Made by a program: the position numbers and the translations under genes
The notes under the pieces: model-generated
Databases searched by the model: none
Told to the model about the DNA's origin: nothing
What the model saw: the letters and a program-made list of their open reading frames with translations, nothing else
Shown: positions 18,329 through 27,959 of the stretch, piece after piece
How positions within the stretch are numbered: position 1 is the first letter of the stretch
Layout of the letters: each line of letters opens with the position of its first letter
Source: a virus
Strand: one strand, 5' to 3'
Length of the DNA: 64,000 nt
IMG/VR virus record: IMGVR_UViG_3300046387_001332

Positions 18329-19930
18329 ATGGCAGGAAACCAAAAAGTACCATTAAGGGAAATAATAAAACAAGAGTATACAGAGTGCTTAAAGTCACCT
18401 ATATACTTTATGAAAAAGTATTGTAAAATCCAACATCCAACACTTGGTACTATACCTTTTCATTTATATGAATTTCAAGAAAAAACTTTAGAGAGTTTTA
18501 AAGACGAACAATTTAATATTGTTTTGAAGGCACGTCAGATGGGAATATCCACACTTGTATCTGGATATGCTCTGTGGTTAATGACCTTCTTCACCGACAA
18601 ATCAATTCTATGTATTGCCATTAACCAAGAAACTGCAAAGAATATCGTTACTAAAGTAACTCATATGGCAGATTTTCTACCTTCGTGGTTACGAAGTGAG
18701 TGTACAGAAAAAAACAAGTTAAGTATGAGGTTTAAAAACGGAAGTAATATACGTGCGGCCTCAAGTAGTGTGGATGCTTCTCGTTCATCCTCTCTGAGTT
18801 TACTTATCGTGGACGAGTGTGCGTTTATTACAAACATGGAAGATATATGGACTGCATCGCAATCTACAATTACAACGGGTGGTCGTTCTATTCTATTATC
18901 AACTCCAAATGGTATCGGTAACTTTTTCCACAAAACTTGGGTTGGTACTATGGACGGATCAAATGACTTCAATCCAATTAATTTGCATTGGTCATTACAT
19001 CCTGATCGCGATCAAAAGTGGAGAGATTTACAAACAAAAGTTCTTGGTGAAAAAGACGCAGCCCAAGAATGTGATTGTGACTTTATTAGCAGTGGTCGTT
19101 CGGTGGTAGACGCAAGTTTAATTGAGTGGTACAAAGAAAATACAATGCGTGAACCTGTAGAAAAAAGAGGAGCAAACAAAGAATATTGGATATGGGAATA
19201 TCCAAACCACAACAAAGATTATGTAGTTGCGGCCGATGTTGCGAGAGGAGATGGACGAGATAAAAGTGCTTTTCATGTATTTGATGTGGAAGGTGTGAGA
19301 CAGGTTGCTGAGTTTAAGGGTGAAGTAGAAACAAAAGATTTTGGTAATTTATTGGTTGCAGTTGCAAGTGAGTTCAACGGAGCATTGTTGGTAGTGGAAA
19401 ATGCAAATATAGGTTGGGCGGTGTTACAACAGATTATAGATAAAGGATACAACAATTTATATTACACTCAAAGAGATTATCAATACATAGATGAGTTTTC
19501 ACAACATACAAATAAATTAAATAGAATGGAGAAGAAACAGGTTCCCGGATTCACAACATCTATTAAAACTCGTCCATTGATTATCAGTAAAATGGAACAA
19601 TATGTTCGTGAAAAAGAAGTTGAAATTGTTTCAGAAAGAACATTAGAAGAACTTTTTACATTTGTATGGAACGGACAAAAAGCAGAAGCAATGCAAGGAT
19701 ACAATGACGATTTGGTTATGAGTTTATGTATTGCACTTTGGGTTCGTGATACTGCATTACGATTTCGTTCGGAAAGTATTGAAACACAAAAAAGTTTATT
19801 TGATTATATGGGAAGTACAACTAACATGGATGTTGGTAAAAATTATCGTCAAAATGGACTTGAATCAAATCCATATGAAATGAAGAACCCACGTGGAGGA
19901 ACTGAAAGTTTAGATTGGTTGCTTCAATAA
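18329..19930 (+). CDS. Terminase large subunit (T4 gp17-like)
   Basis: LYEFQ Q-motif, KARQMGIS Walker A variant, LLIVDE Walker B, LSTPNG, QECDCDF, nuclease ADVARG..D and DDLVMS. Confidence 0.95.
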   Translation: MAGNQKVPLREIIKQEYTECLKSPIYFMKKYCKIQHPTLGTIPFHLYEFQEKTLESFKDEQFNIVLKARQMGISTLVSGYALWLMTFFTDKSILCIAINQETAKNIVTKVTHMADFLPSWLRSECTEKNKLSMRFKNGSNIRAASSSVDASRSSSLSLLIVDECAFITNMEDIWTASQSTITTGGRSILLSTPNGIGNFFHKTWVGTMDGSNDFNPINLHWSLHPDRDQKWRDLQTKVLGEKDAAQECDCDFISSGRSVVDASLIEWYKENTMREPVEKRGANKEYWIWEYPNHNKDYVVAADVARGDGRDKSAFHVFDVEGVRQVAEFKGEVETKDFGNLLVAVASEFNGALLVVENANIGWAVLQQIIDKGYNNLYYTQRDYQYIDEFSQHTNKLNRMEKKQVPGFTTSIKTRPLIISKMEQYVREKEVEIVSERTLEELFTFVWNGQKAEAMQGYNDDLVMSLCIALWVRDTALRFRSESIETQKSLFDYMGSTTNMDVGKNYRQNGLESNPYEMKNPRGGTESLDWLLQ

Positions 19931-19952
19931 CAAAACAAAACGGAGAAAACAA

Positions 19953-20561
19953 ATGAAGATAACGCAAAATATACTAATAACAATGGGATTATTATTTTTT
20001 ACTGGGGGATGTGCAACGCAATCATTATTACCAACACAAGGAGTATATACTGAATCATCATTTGAAACATATACGCAAGTTGAGGGTGTCGTTGAAAATA
20101 TAGAAATTGGAAAAACAAAGTATTCTGATTTAGTCAAACTGGGGTTAGACTTAGAAAATATTCCAAATGTAAAACGACTTACTTATCTTGATGTTATGAG
20201 TAAATTTAAATTAGATAGTCCATCAAGATATACATTGTTTAACAAAATAGAACTTCCGTCTGGTGTCTTAAAAACATTGGCAGCCAGAGAAGATGGACTT
20301 GCATATGAAATAAATTTAGAAAGAATAAAAAACCAAAGAGAAGGAAGTGTCATTTTAGATATACTAAACTTTAGAAAAAATGTACACACAACTGGATGGA
20401 AAATAAGTGTATTAATATTAATGGTAGATGATACTGTAGAGTATGTATTATACTCTGGTGAAAAAAATATTGATACTTTAAAACGAGAAAGAAATCCTCT
20501 TGGTCCATTTCAAGGATTTGATGGTGGTGACATCATCGGTGCGGCTAGTGATTTAAAGTAA
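19953..20561 (+). CDS. Predicted lipoprotein
   Basis: MKITQNILITMGLLFFTGGC: basic N-terminus, hydrophobic core and lipobox-like Cys20; GGAG SD. Confidence 0.7.
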   Translation: MKITQNILITMGLLFFTGGCATQSLLPTQGVYTESSFETYTQVEGVVENIEIGKTKYSDLVKLGLDLENIPNVKRLTYLDVMSKFKLDSPSRYTLFNKIELPSGVLKTLAAREDGLAYEINLERIKNQREGSVILDILNFRKNVHTTGWKISVLILMVDDTVEYVLYSGEKNIDTLKRERNPLGPFQGFDGGDIIGAASDLK

Positions 20562-20569
20562 TATATCTA

Positions 20570-20598
20570 TTGACATATATGTATATATTTTGTAGAAT
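20570..20598 (+). promoter_or_regulatory. Sigma70-type promoter upstream of the portal gene
   Basis: TTGACA-N17-TAGAAT. Confidence 0.6.
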
Positions 20599-20619
20599 CA
20601 ACTATTTATAAGAATTGTT

Positions 20620-22464
20620 ATGGCAGAAGAATCAAGAACAAAGAAACTTTTTGGTGGTCTTAGAAGATTATTTTCAACTGGTGTGGTTGTAAGAAATGTA
20701 GGTGGAAAAAAATTAAAAGTTGCCGATACAGATAATTTACAATACTCAAAAAGAATACGTGACAAGTATGACCGTATGCACACATTATATAGTGATTATG
20801 CAAATGGTTTTAATAATCTTGGATTTCAAAGTGCTAGATTAGAGTTATTTAGTGATTATGAAGTGATGGATACCGATCCTATTATTTCAAGTGCATTAGA
20901 TATTTACTCAGATGAATCAACCACTAGAAGTGAATTTGGTGAAATTCTTAAAATTACAAGTTCGGATTCTAATGTTAAAGGTATCCTTGAAAATTTATTT
21001 TATGATATATTAAATGTTGAATTTAATTTGTGGGGGTGGATTCGCAATATGTGCAAGTATGGAGATTTTTATTTACATTTAGAAATAGAACCTGAATATG
21101 GAGTTATGAATGTAAAACCAATTTCTACATATGAAATGACTCGCATAGAAGATTCTGATCCTGAAAACCCACAACTTGTAATTTTTAAACAAGAGGGTTC
21201 TACTAGAGCAGATTATGAAAACTATGAAATTGCACACTTTAGATTATTAGGTGATACGAATTATTTACCATACGGTAAAAGTATGGTAGAGTCAGCAAGA
21301 CGTTCGTGGAAGCAACTTCAATTGATGGAAGATGCTATGTTGATTCACAGAATAATGAGAGCACCTGAAAAAAGAATGTTTTATATTGATATTGGTAATA
21401 TTCCACCAAATGAAGTTGATAACTTTATGCAAAAAGTTATTAATAAAATGAAAAAAGTTCCGTTTGTTGATGAAAAAACAGGTGACTATAATTTAAAATT
21501 CAATATGCAAAATATGACCGAAGACTTTTTTATGCCAGTTCGTGGTGGTGATAGTGGTACTCGTATTGAAAATCTTGGTGCAATGACCTATGATGGAACG
21601 GATGATATAGAATATATTAAAAATAAAATGATGGCTGCACTTAAAGTTCCAAAAGCATTTTTAGGGTATGATGAAAGTATAACAGGTAAAGCAACTCTAG
21701 CCGCAGAAGATATAAGGTTTGCGAGAACAATTGAGAGATTGCAGAGAATTACGATAAGTGAATTAACCAAGATTGCAATAGTTCATCTTTATTCACAGGG
21801 GTATACAGATGCTAAGTTAGTAGATTTTAGTTTGAAGTTGACCAACCCTTCAACTATTTTTGAAGAAGAACGTGTAAGAATTCTTTCCGAAAAATTAAAT
21901 ACTGCACGTGATATGATTGATGCTAAGATGTTTTCAAAGAATTGGGTATATGATAAAATATTTGGATTACCTGAAAACGAAATCAATGAAATTAGAAGTG
22001 ATTTCGTGGATGATGCAAAAGAATTTTTCCGACTTGAGAGTATTCAAAATGAAGGAAACGATCCGGCCGATCCGAATCAAGCAGTAGATGCGGATGAAGA
22101 GGATAGTTGGGGTTTTGGTAAAATGGATACTCAAACCGAAAAAGATGAAGATAAAATTCATCAAAGAAAGAAAGAAGAAAAGAAACGAAAAAATGTTAAT
22201 AAAAAATACGATCATCCCGATGAAAAACCTATGGGTAGAGACCCACTTGGTGCAGATGAAAGACGTGTTAATGGAAGAGATTGGGGTGATTCCCCACTTA
22301 AACTTGAATCAGACTTAAATAAATTAGATTTATTTTTAAATAAAAAGGCAAAAAAAGAATCAGAAATGTCTAAATTAATCTGCGAAAAAACTAAAGATGA
22401 AACACAAACTACGGAAAAAAAAGAAGTAGATTATTTAGATGATAAGAATATTATTAAAAAATAA
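20620..22464 (+). CDS. Portal vertex protein (T4 gp20-like)
   Basis: LMEDAMLIHRIMRAPEKRMFYIDIGN, EDFFMPVRGG and ALKVP are hallmark gp20 motifs. Confidence 0.95.
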   Translation: MAEESRTKKLFGGLRRLFSTGVVVRNVGGKKLKVADTDNLQYSKRIRDKYDRMHTLYSDYANGFNNLGFQSARLELFSDYEVMDTDPIISSALDIYSDESTTRSEFGEILKITSSDSNVKGILENLFYDILNVEFNLWGWIRNMCKYGDFYLHLEIEPEYGVMNVKPISTYEMTRIEDSDPENPQLVIFKQEGSTRADYENYEIAHFRLLGDTNYLPYGKSMVESARRSWKQLQLMEDAMLIHRIMRAPEKRMFYIDIGNIPPNEVDNFMQKVINKMKKVPFVDEKTGDYNLKFNMQNMTEDFFMPVRGGDSGTRIENLGAMTYDGTDDIEYIKNKMMAALKVPKAFLGYDESITGKATLAAEDIRFARTIERLQRITISELTKIAIVHLYSQGYTDAKLVDFSLKLTNPSTIFEEERVRILSEKLNTARDMIDAKMFSKNWVYDKIFGLPENEINEIRSDFVDDAKEFFRLESIQNEGNDPADPNQAVDADEEDSWGFGKMDTQTEKDEDKIHQRKKEEKKRKNVNKKYDHPDEKPMGRDPLGADERRVNGRDWGDSPLKLESDLNKLDLFLNKKAKKESEMSKLICEKTKDETQTTEKKEVDYLDDKNIIKK

Positions 22465-22526
22465 TTAGTTAAAATCTAATTTATATTTATATTTATATTC
22501 AAATATATATTTTAAAGAACATTAAT

Positions 22527-23396
22527 GTGAAGAAACTCAAACATAGTAAATACAAAAATACTGGTATTTTATTCGAACTTTTGGTAAGGCAAATTACCGC
22601 TGATATACTAGATGGTAATGAAAAGTCGTCTGCTAATTCCTTATTAAAAAGACATTTCTGTGAAAATACTTGTTTGGGAAAAGAGCAAAGACTTTATCAA
22701 CTTTTAATAGAAGAATCAACGAATGATAAAGCAAAAGCAGAATCATTGTTGCACGAAGTAAAAGAAAGTCATCAAAAACTATCTAATAAAGATTTAGCAA
22801 CTGCTAGATATAATCTTGTAAAAGAAATAAAAGAAACATATCCGATTAATGACTTGTTTCGTGCCAAAATTAAAAATTACAAGACCTATGCTAGTATCTA
22901 CAAATTATTCGAGAGTCATAATCCGAATACTTATTGTGACCCGAAAGAAATTTTTGAATCAAAAAATACTATAATTGGAAATTTGGTTTCTGCTCACGAT
23001 AAATCAAACGGTAATGTTGATGTAAGTGATTACGAAAAGCAAAATGAAGATTTAAGATTAATTACCTATAAACTTTTGGTTGACAATTTTAATAAGAAAT
23101 ACAGTAAACTTGACGAATCACAACAGACTTTATTGAAAAATTATATTCACAATATTTCAAATACTAATAGTTTAAGAGAATACATAAACGAACAAGTACC
23201 TCAAATAAAGAAAAGTATTTCAAAGTATTCCAAGAATATAAATGACGAAGTTGTCAAAATAAAATTAAAAGAAGTGGTATCTCAGTTAGAAAAAACAACT
23301 GAAGGTCGTGTGGTTAGAGATTCTCAAGTGTCTACATTGCTTATGAGTTATGAGTTAATAAAGGAACTTAAGAAAAATGCCAACGACACGAAATGA
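22527..23396 (+). CDS. Head morphogenesis / prohead-core-like protein
   Basis: GTG start, double TATTTAT upstream, located between portal and protease; helical composition. Confidence 0.55.
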   Translation: MKKLKHSKYKNTGILFELLVRQITADILDGNEKSSANSLLKRHFCENTCLGKEQRLYQLLIEESTNDKAKAESLLHEVKESHQKLSNKDLATARYNLVKEIKETYPINDLFRAKIKNYKTYASIYKLFESHNPNTYCDPKEIFESKNTIIGNLVSAHDKSNGNVDVSDYEKQNEDLRLITYKLLVDNFNKKYSKLDESQQTLLKNYIHNISNTNSLREYINEQVPQIKKSISKYSKNINDEVVKIKLKEVVSQLEKTTEGRVVRDSQVSTLLMSYELIKELKKNANDTK

Positions 23397-23862
23397 ACTA
23401 AAGAATATAATTCGCAGTTTAGTATCAGAAATTTTAGAAGATGATTCTGATTTAAATGAAATGAATACCACTGCAAACGCAGATGGTTATCAAACGCCTC
23501 ATGCATTTGCGGGTACAGATGAAAAAACACACAAGAAAAAAATTAAATCACGTGCAGAAGTATTTGATTATAAGACAACAGAGGATGAAAAAAACAATAC
23601 TGTAAAAATAAACGAGGGTAAGAGTTTATATCATATAATGAGAGATCATCCGGATTATAGTCCAACTCAAAAAGTTGGGGTGATGGTTAGAGAAATTAAC
23701 AAAAATATAAATGAAATTGACAAATTAATAAATCTAGTTTCAAAATACAAATCCGAGAATAGTGTAAATTCACAAAAATACTGGAGAACAACTCGTAGGT
23801 TTCTTGAAAAAATAGACGAAAAGATTAAGACAATTTCACATAAAATGAAAGACCTAAAATAA
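23377..23862 (+). CDS. Hypothetical head-region protein
   Basis: ILE, LNE and INE motifs; overlaps the upstream gene. Confidence 0.6.
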   Translation: MPTTRNELKNIIRSLVSEILEDDSDLNEMNTTANADGYQTPHAFAGTDEKTHKKKIKSRAEVFDYKTTEDEKNNTVKINEGKSLYHIMRDHPDYSPTQKVGVMVREINKNINEIDKLINLVSKYKSENSVNSQKYWRTTRRFLEKIDEKIKTISHKMKDLK

Positions 23863-24248
23863 TGAAAAATTGTACAAGATTAGATGTAGTATCATCAAGC
23901 ACAATAAGCACCGAGCAAAAATTAAGAGAATTGGTAACAAAACAAAAGAATCCTAAAAAAGTAGTTGCTTCGTCTGAAGGAAAAGCACTTGCTTCAAAAT
24001 TAGGAAAGAATTGGAAAGCAGTTGGAAACTCTGCCGAAATAACAAACACACTTGATGAAATTTCTGGAACAATCAAAGTCACCCGTGATCAAAAAACAAA
24101 TCATTATTCGTTTAATATTAGATTTGATATGAGTGTTTTAAATAAAAAACGTGCAATAAACACAGATACAATCAAGCAAGAAATAAGTAATGGGTTACTT
24201 GCATTGGTAAAGTCTTCTGCTGATTTAGGAAATCAATTGGGAGATTAA
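23862..24248 (+). CDS. Hypothetical protein
   Basis: TAATG-coupled ORF within the head cluster. Confidence 0.55.
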   Translation: MKNCTRLDVVSSSTISTEQKLRELVTKQKNPKKVVASSEGKALASKLGKNWKAVGNSAEITNTLDEISGTIKVTRDQKTNHYSFNIRFDMSVLNKKRAINTDTIKQEISNGLLALVKSSADLGNQLGD

Positions 24249-24252
24249 ACAA

Positions 24253-25089
24253 ATGTGCGAGTGTAGTTGTAATTCTCAATTAAACGAAGAAACTGATCCT
24301 GCACTTGAACAGTACAAAAAAGTTCTTAAAGACTTAGGTGATTCTGTAAAGTCTGCTCACAAATCAACTGAGGGTAAAAAACTTTCAATTGAATATTGGA
24401 AAGATGTAGTTAAACTTTTAAAAAAAGCAAAACTAGGAATTTCTATGATGGAATTGGGAATTGATGATGAAGAAGAACTAGAAACAGACCACGATGCAAC
24501 AACTAAAAAAGTAAAATCTAAATCTGATGGTGAAGCAGATTCTGAAGAGTCAGAGTCTAGTTCTGATGAAAACGAAGACGATGATACTTCTAAAAAATTA
24601 TCTGAATTGGGATTAAAAAACGAAGAAGCAAAATCAAAATCACAACAAAGATTATTTGGTATGGTTCATGCACTTAATAACGGTGAATTAAAAAAGTCAG
24701 ATGTAAGTGATGATTTATATCAAAAAATCAAAAAGATTTCTGATGGAATGACAAAAAAAGATGCAAAGAAGATGGCAAAAACAAACCATGATGATCTTCC
24801 TGAAAAAGTTCCATCAAATGAACACTATGATATACTTAATCATTTATCTATTTTGTTAACTGAAAGTGGATGTCGTGTAGGGGAATCTGATGGTGCTGAA
24901 TTTAAAATAGATAATAATAGTCGTATTCATACTATTAAATTTGACGATAAATTTTACTTAGTTTCTGAGAGTTATAATTTTGAACTTGGCACATCAAACG
25001 ATATTCAGAATGTAGTAGATACATTTGTGAAACTTACTTCAAATTCAGAAGACTCTCTTAAACACGAATATAATACATCTTTAAATTAA
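24253..25089 (+). CDS. Hypothetical head-internal protein with an AKSKSQQRLFGMV...HDDLPEKV cassette
   Basis: GGAG SD; several LxE motifs; the cassette resembles DUF3008-like segments I recall from T4-like phages. Confidence 0.6.
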   Translation: MCECSCNSQLNEETDPALEQYKKVLKDLGDSVKSAHKSTEGKKLSIEYWKDVVKLLKKAKLGISMMELGIDDEEELETDHDATTKKVKSKSDGEADSEESESSSDENEDDDTSKKLSELGLKNEEAKSKSQQRLFGMVHALNNGELKKSDVSDDLYQKIKKISDGMTKKDAKKMAKTNHDDLPEKVPSNEHYDILNHLSILLTESGCRVGESDGAEFKIDNNSRIHTIKFDDKFYLVSESYNFELGTSNDIQNVVDTFVKLTSNSEDSLKHEYNTSLN

Positions 25090-25146
25090 ATTGTTTTTGT
25101 AAAAATAGACAATTAAATCGTAATACGTATATACTTATTTATTGAT

Positions 25147-25776
25147 ATGGCAAAAAAAATATTAGTATCCACAATGCCCTTTGAATTCTCACCTGAACAA
25201 ATAAGTGAAAGTATAGATAAGAATTCGGGAAGATTGATTGTAAGAGGTATTTTACAAAAAGCATCCGAGCAAAATCAAAATGGTAGAGTTTACTCACGAC
25301 CTTTGTTAGAACGGGAGGCAGGAAAATATCAACAATTAATTGATGATAGACGAGCACTTGGTGAATTAGACCATCCTGAAAGCAGTGTAGTGAATTTACA
25401 AAATGTAAGTCACAATGTAACTAAGATGTGGTGGGACGATAATAACCTTGTGGGCAATGTTGAAGTTCTTGGAACACCAAGTGGTAATATTTTGAAAGAG
25501 TTGTTTAAAAGTGGAATTACTTTAGGAATTAGTTCACGTGGAATGGGTACTACACGTGAACATGAAGGTAAAACAATGGTAAACGATGATTTTGAATTGG
25601 TTGCATTTGATTTTGTAAGCAACCCATCAACCCGTGGTGCATTCTTAGAACCTGTGAATCTAAATGAATCTGTTAATTCAGAAAACAAAGTTGTTACTGA
25701 AGGTCGTGTTTGCACAAAGTATTGTAAGGTAGAAGGAATTATACACGAAATTTTAGGTGAACTTGGAGAAATGTAA
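25147..25776 (+). CDS. Prohead core protease (T4 gp21-like)
   Basis: NQNGRVY, ALGELDHP (catalytic H), GISSRGMG (catalytic S), FDFVSNPS. Confidence 0.95.
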   Translation: MAKKILVSTMPFEFSPEQISESIDKNSGRLIVRGILQKASEQNQNGRVYSRPLLEREAGKYQQLIDDRRALGELDHPESSVVNLQNVSHNVTKMWWDDNNLVGNVEVLGTPSGNILKELFKSGITLGISSRGMGTTREHEGKTMVNDDFELVAFDFVSNPSTRGAFLEPVNLNESVNSENKVVTEGRVCTKYCKVEGIIHEILGELGEM

Positions 25777-25777
25777 A

Positions 25778-26239
25778 ATGAGTACTGAGATTAAAAAAGC
25801 AATTAAGTCAGCAATTCTTGAAGTATTAAAGGAAGAAAAAGCAAAGCAATTAAATGAGTTTAATCCAGACACAGGTAGATTTGAAGATGACGGGTTGTCG
25901 TCTGAGCAAAAAAAACTTACATCAGAGAAGATTTCAAAGTTTGGTAATTATCAAAAGTATATAGCACACGAAGCAAAAGATATGGATGTAGCAAAAGATA
26001 TTTGTAACATCGTTGAAAATGCTTCTAAATATATTTTGAACGAAACTGATGATTGGTTTGATGCTATGAGTGTTAAAAGAAATCTTAAAGAAATTAAAAC
26101 TATGGCAAAGGAATTCTACAAAACTGCAAAAGAACGACAAGTTTATACACAACGAATGCAGAGTTTGTATGAAGATATGGGTAATATACTAAACAGATAT
26201 TTTGAAATTAACGGAGAAATAACCGATGAACAAAAGTGA
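25778..26239 (+). CDS. Hypothetical head-region protein
   Basis: ATG at 25778 after GGAG; LKE and LNE motifs. Confidence 0.65.
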   Translation: MSTEIKKAIKSAILEVLKEEKAKQLNEFNPDTGRFEDDGLSSEQKKLTSEKISKFGNYQKYIAHEAKDMDVAKDICNIVENASKYILNETDDWFDAMSVKRNLKEIKTMAKEFYKTAKERQVYTQRMQSLYEDMGNILNRYFEINGEITDEQK

Positions 26240-26960
26240 ACTTAAAAAATTTGTAAGAAAAGTTTTACTTGAAAAACTTGATTGCAAACCAAATGTACAT
26301 GGTAAACTAATTAAGAAGACTATTAGTTTTCGTGGAATTAATAGAGAGTGCGTTGCCGAGGGAACAATTGAAGATGCTAATTTATACGCACATGAAAATA
26401 ATTTAGAATATGTAAACTCTGACGATTCATACTTTGGTGGTCACTTTATATGTGAAATGACATCGTATGAATTTCAACCTGATCCTGAGTTTTATGGTGA
26501 GATCATGGAAACAAATATGACTGCACGTGAACAACTTGCAAGAATTTGTGGATCAAATGATCAAGTACTCACAGAAGTAGATGCGTGTAATGCAGAAAAG
26601 TTGGTAGAGTTTATATGTACATCTGAAGAATTTAAAAGTAACTACACAGACATAGTATTTGAGAACATAAACGAAAGTATCAATAATAAACTTCATGACA
26701 AATCACAATTCAAAAAGTTATTTTCTTATCTAGTTGAACAATCAATAAAATGCTCAACTGAAGATGAATTTAATATGTCAGATGCTGAAGTTAATTATGC
26801 AACTGAAGTTTTATCAAAGCATTTTTTCAAAGAGCACACATCTTCCACAGAAGAAACATTAGAACCAATTGAAACAAAATGTGGAAAAAAATCTTTTAAA
26901 CAAGGAAACGCATTTGAAAATATGCAAAGAATAGTATCAAACCATAGAATATTTCTATAA
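26226..26960 (+). CDS. Hypothetical head-region protein
   Basis: GGAG SD; N-terminus MNKSELKKFVRKVLLE resembles the leader of the next ORF. Confidence 0.6.
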   Translation: MNKSELKKFVRKVLLEKLDCKPNVHGKLIKKTISFRGINRECVAEGTIEDANLYAHENNLEYVNSDDSYFGGHFICEMTSYEFQPDPEFYGEIMETNMTAREQLARICGSNDQVLTEVDACNAEKLVEFICTSEEFKSNYTDIVFENINESINNKLHDKSQFKKLFSYLVEQSIKCSTEDEFNMSDAEVNYATEVLSKHFFKEHTSSTEETLEPIETKCGKKSFKQGNAFENMQRIVSNHRIFL

Positions 26961-26972
26961 GGAAACAAAATA

Positions 26973-27743
26973 ATGAAAATAACAAAATCAGAATTAAGAG
27001 AAATAATCCAAGAAGTAGCAGACGAACTTGGTCTATTTGAAGGTCTTACGGCTGCTCAAGAAAAACTACCAGAACCATTAAAGAAAGCAATTCTTAAAAA
27101 GCAAGGAAAGTCCGATGACTCCGATGATGAAAAGAAGGATGTAGAAGAAGGTCTTACTAAAGCACAAGAAAAGTTACCCGAACCTCTCAAAAAAGCAATT
27201 CTTAAAAAGCAAGGAAAGCAAGAAGAATCTGATGAAGATTCTGAAGAAGAGAAAATTGAAGAAGGAAATGCGTTTGGTGCGGCCGTTAAGAAAGCAAGAG
27301 AAAACGGAGAAAAAGAATTTGAAGTGGGTGGAAAAAAATATAAACTCAAGGAAAAGAAAGAAATTACCGAACAAGAAGATACCGAAGAATTTGTAGGTGA
27401 TTCATCTGACGAAGAAGATGTGGAAGAAGGAAACGCATTTGGAGCAGCCGTCAAAAAAGCAAGAGAGGACGGAGAAGATGAATTCGAAGTAGATGGAAAA
27501 ACATACAAAGTAACCGAGCAATCAGATTCATCGGACATAGGAAAAAAAGATAATCATGTTGATGTAGCAGATTGTAAAGATTGTGATGATCCCGGAGAAG
27601 GTAAACTTACAAGTGAAGATGTTGACGAAAGTATTACTGAGATTGAAGTTGATGGAAAAACCTATAAAGTAGGACAAAATTGGTCAAAAATCACACTTGC
27701 TGAAAAACTAGATAGAATGCTTGGAAATCGTAAAATTTTGTAA
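26973..27743 (+). CDS. Repeat-built head-internal protein
   Basis: MKITKSELREIIQE leader; two EGLTxAQEKLPEPLKKAILKKQGK units and two EGNAFGAAVKKARE..EFEVxGKxYK units. Confidence 0.75.
   Translation: MKITKSELREIIQEVADELGLFEGLTAAQEKLPEPLKKAILKKQGKSDDSDDEKKDVEEGLTKAQEKLPEPLKKAILKKQGKQEESDEDSEEEKIEEGNAFGAAVKKARENGEKEFEVGGKKYKLKEKKEITEQEDTEEFVGDSSDEEDVEEGNAFGAAVKKAREDGEDEFEVDGKTYKVTEQSDSSDIGKKDNHVDVADCKDCDDPGEGKLTSEDVDESITEIEVDGKTYKVGQNWSKITLAEKLDRMLGNRKIL
27039..27509 (+). repeat. Intragenic direct repeats: unit A at 27039-27110 and 27147-27218; unit B at 27261-27344 and 27426-27509
   Basis: Near-identical peptide units with synonymous DNA divergence. Confidence 0.85.
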
Positions 27744-27771
27744 AATATTACACCAAAAACACTTAAAAACG

Positions 27772-27801
27772 AAAAAAGGGAAGAAAATCTTCCCTTTTTT
27801 T
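27772..27801 (+). terminator. Intrinsic terminator
   Basis: AAAAAAGGGAAGA-AAA-TCTTCCCTTTTTT. Confidence 0.8.
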
Positions 27802-27844
27802 ATATATTTTTATATATTTTTAAATATTTGTTTATGTAAGTATA

Positions 27845-27851
27845 TATTTAT
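27845..27851 (+). promoter_or_regulatory. TATTTAT putative late-promoter motif (representative copy)
   Basis: The same motif lies upstream of genes at 1376, 5513, 11866, 18317, 22484, 25136, 30891, 34343, 37130, 37873/37921, 38528, 40191, 47154, 54595 and 60700. Confidence 0.65.
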
Positions 27852-27959
27852 CTTTTCAAAATGTTCTTACTTTATTAAGAACAACTAAAAAAAGGTTTTA
27901 ATTATTTGAAGTCCTATTAAAATGACTTTATCAAACTAATCTATAAAGGATAATTAACC

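Noticed and set aside
8615-21000. Degenerate matches to the 29-bp element near 8615-8643, 20075-20101 and 20969-20997
   Set aside because: One arm matches poorly in each case, which is compatible with chance in AT-rich coding DNA.
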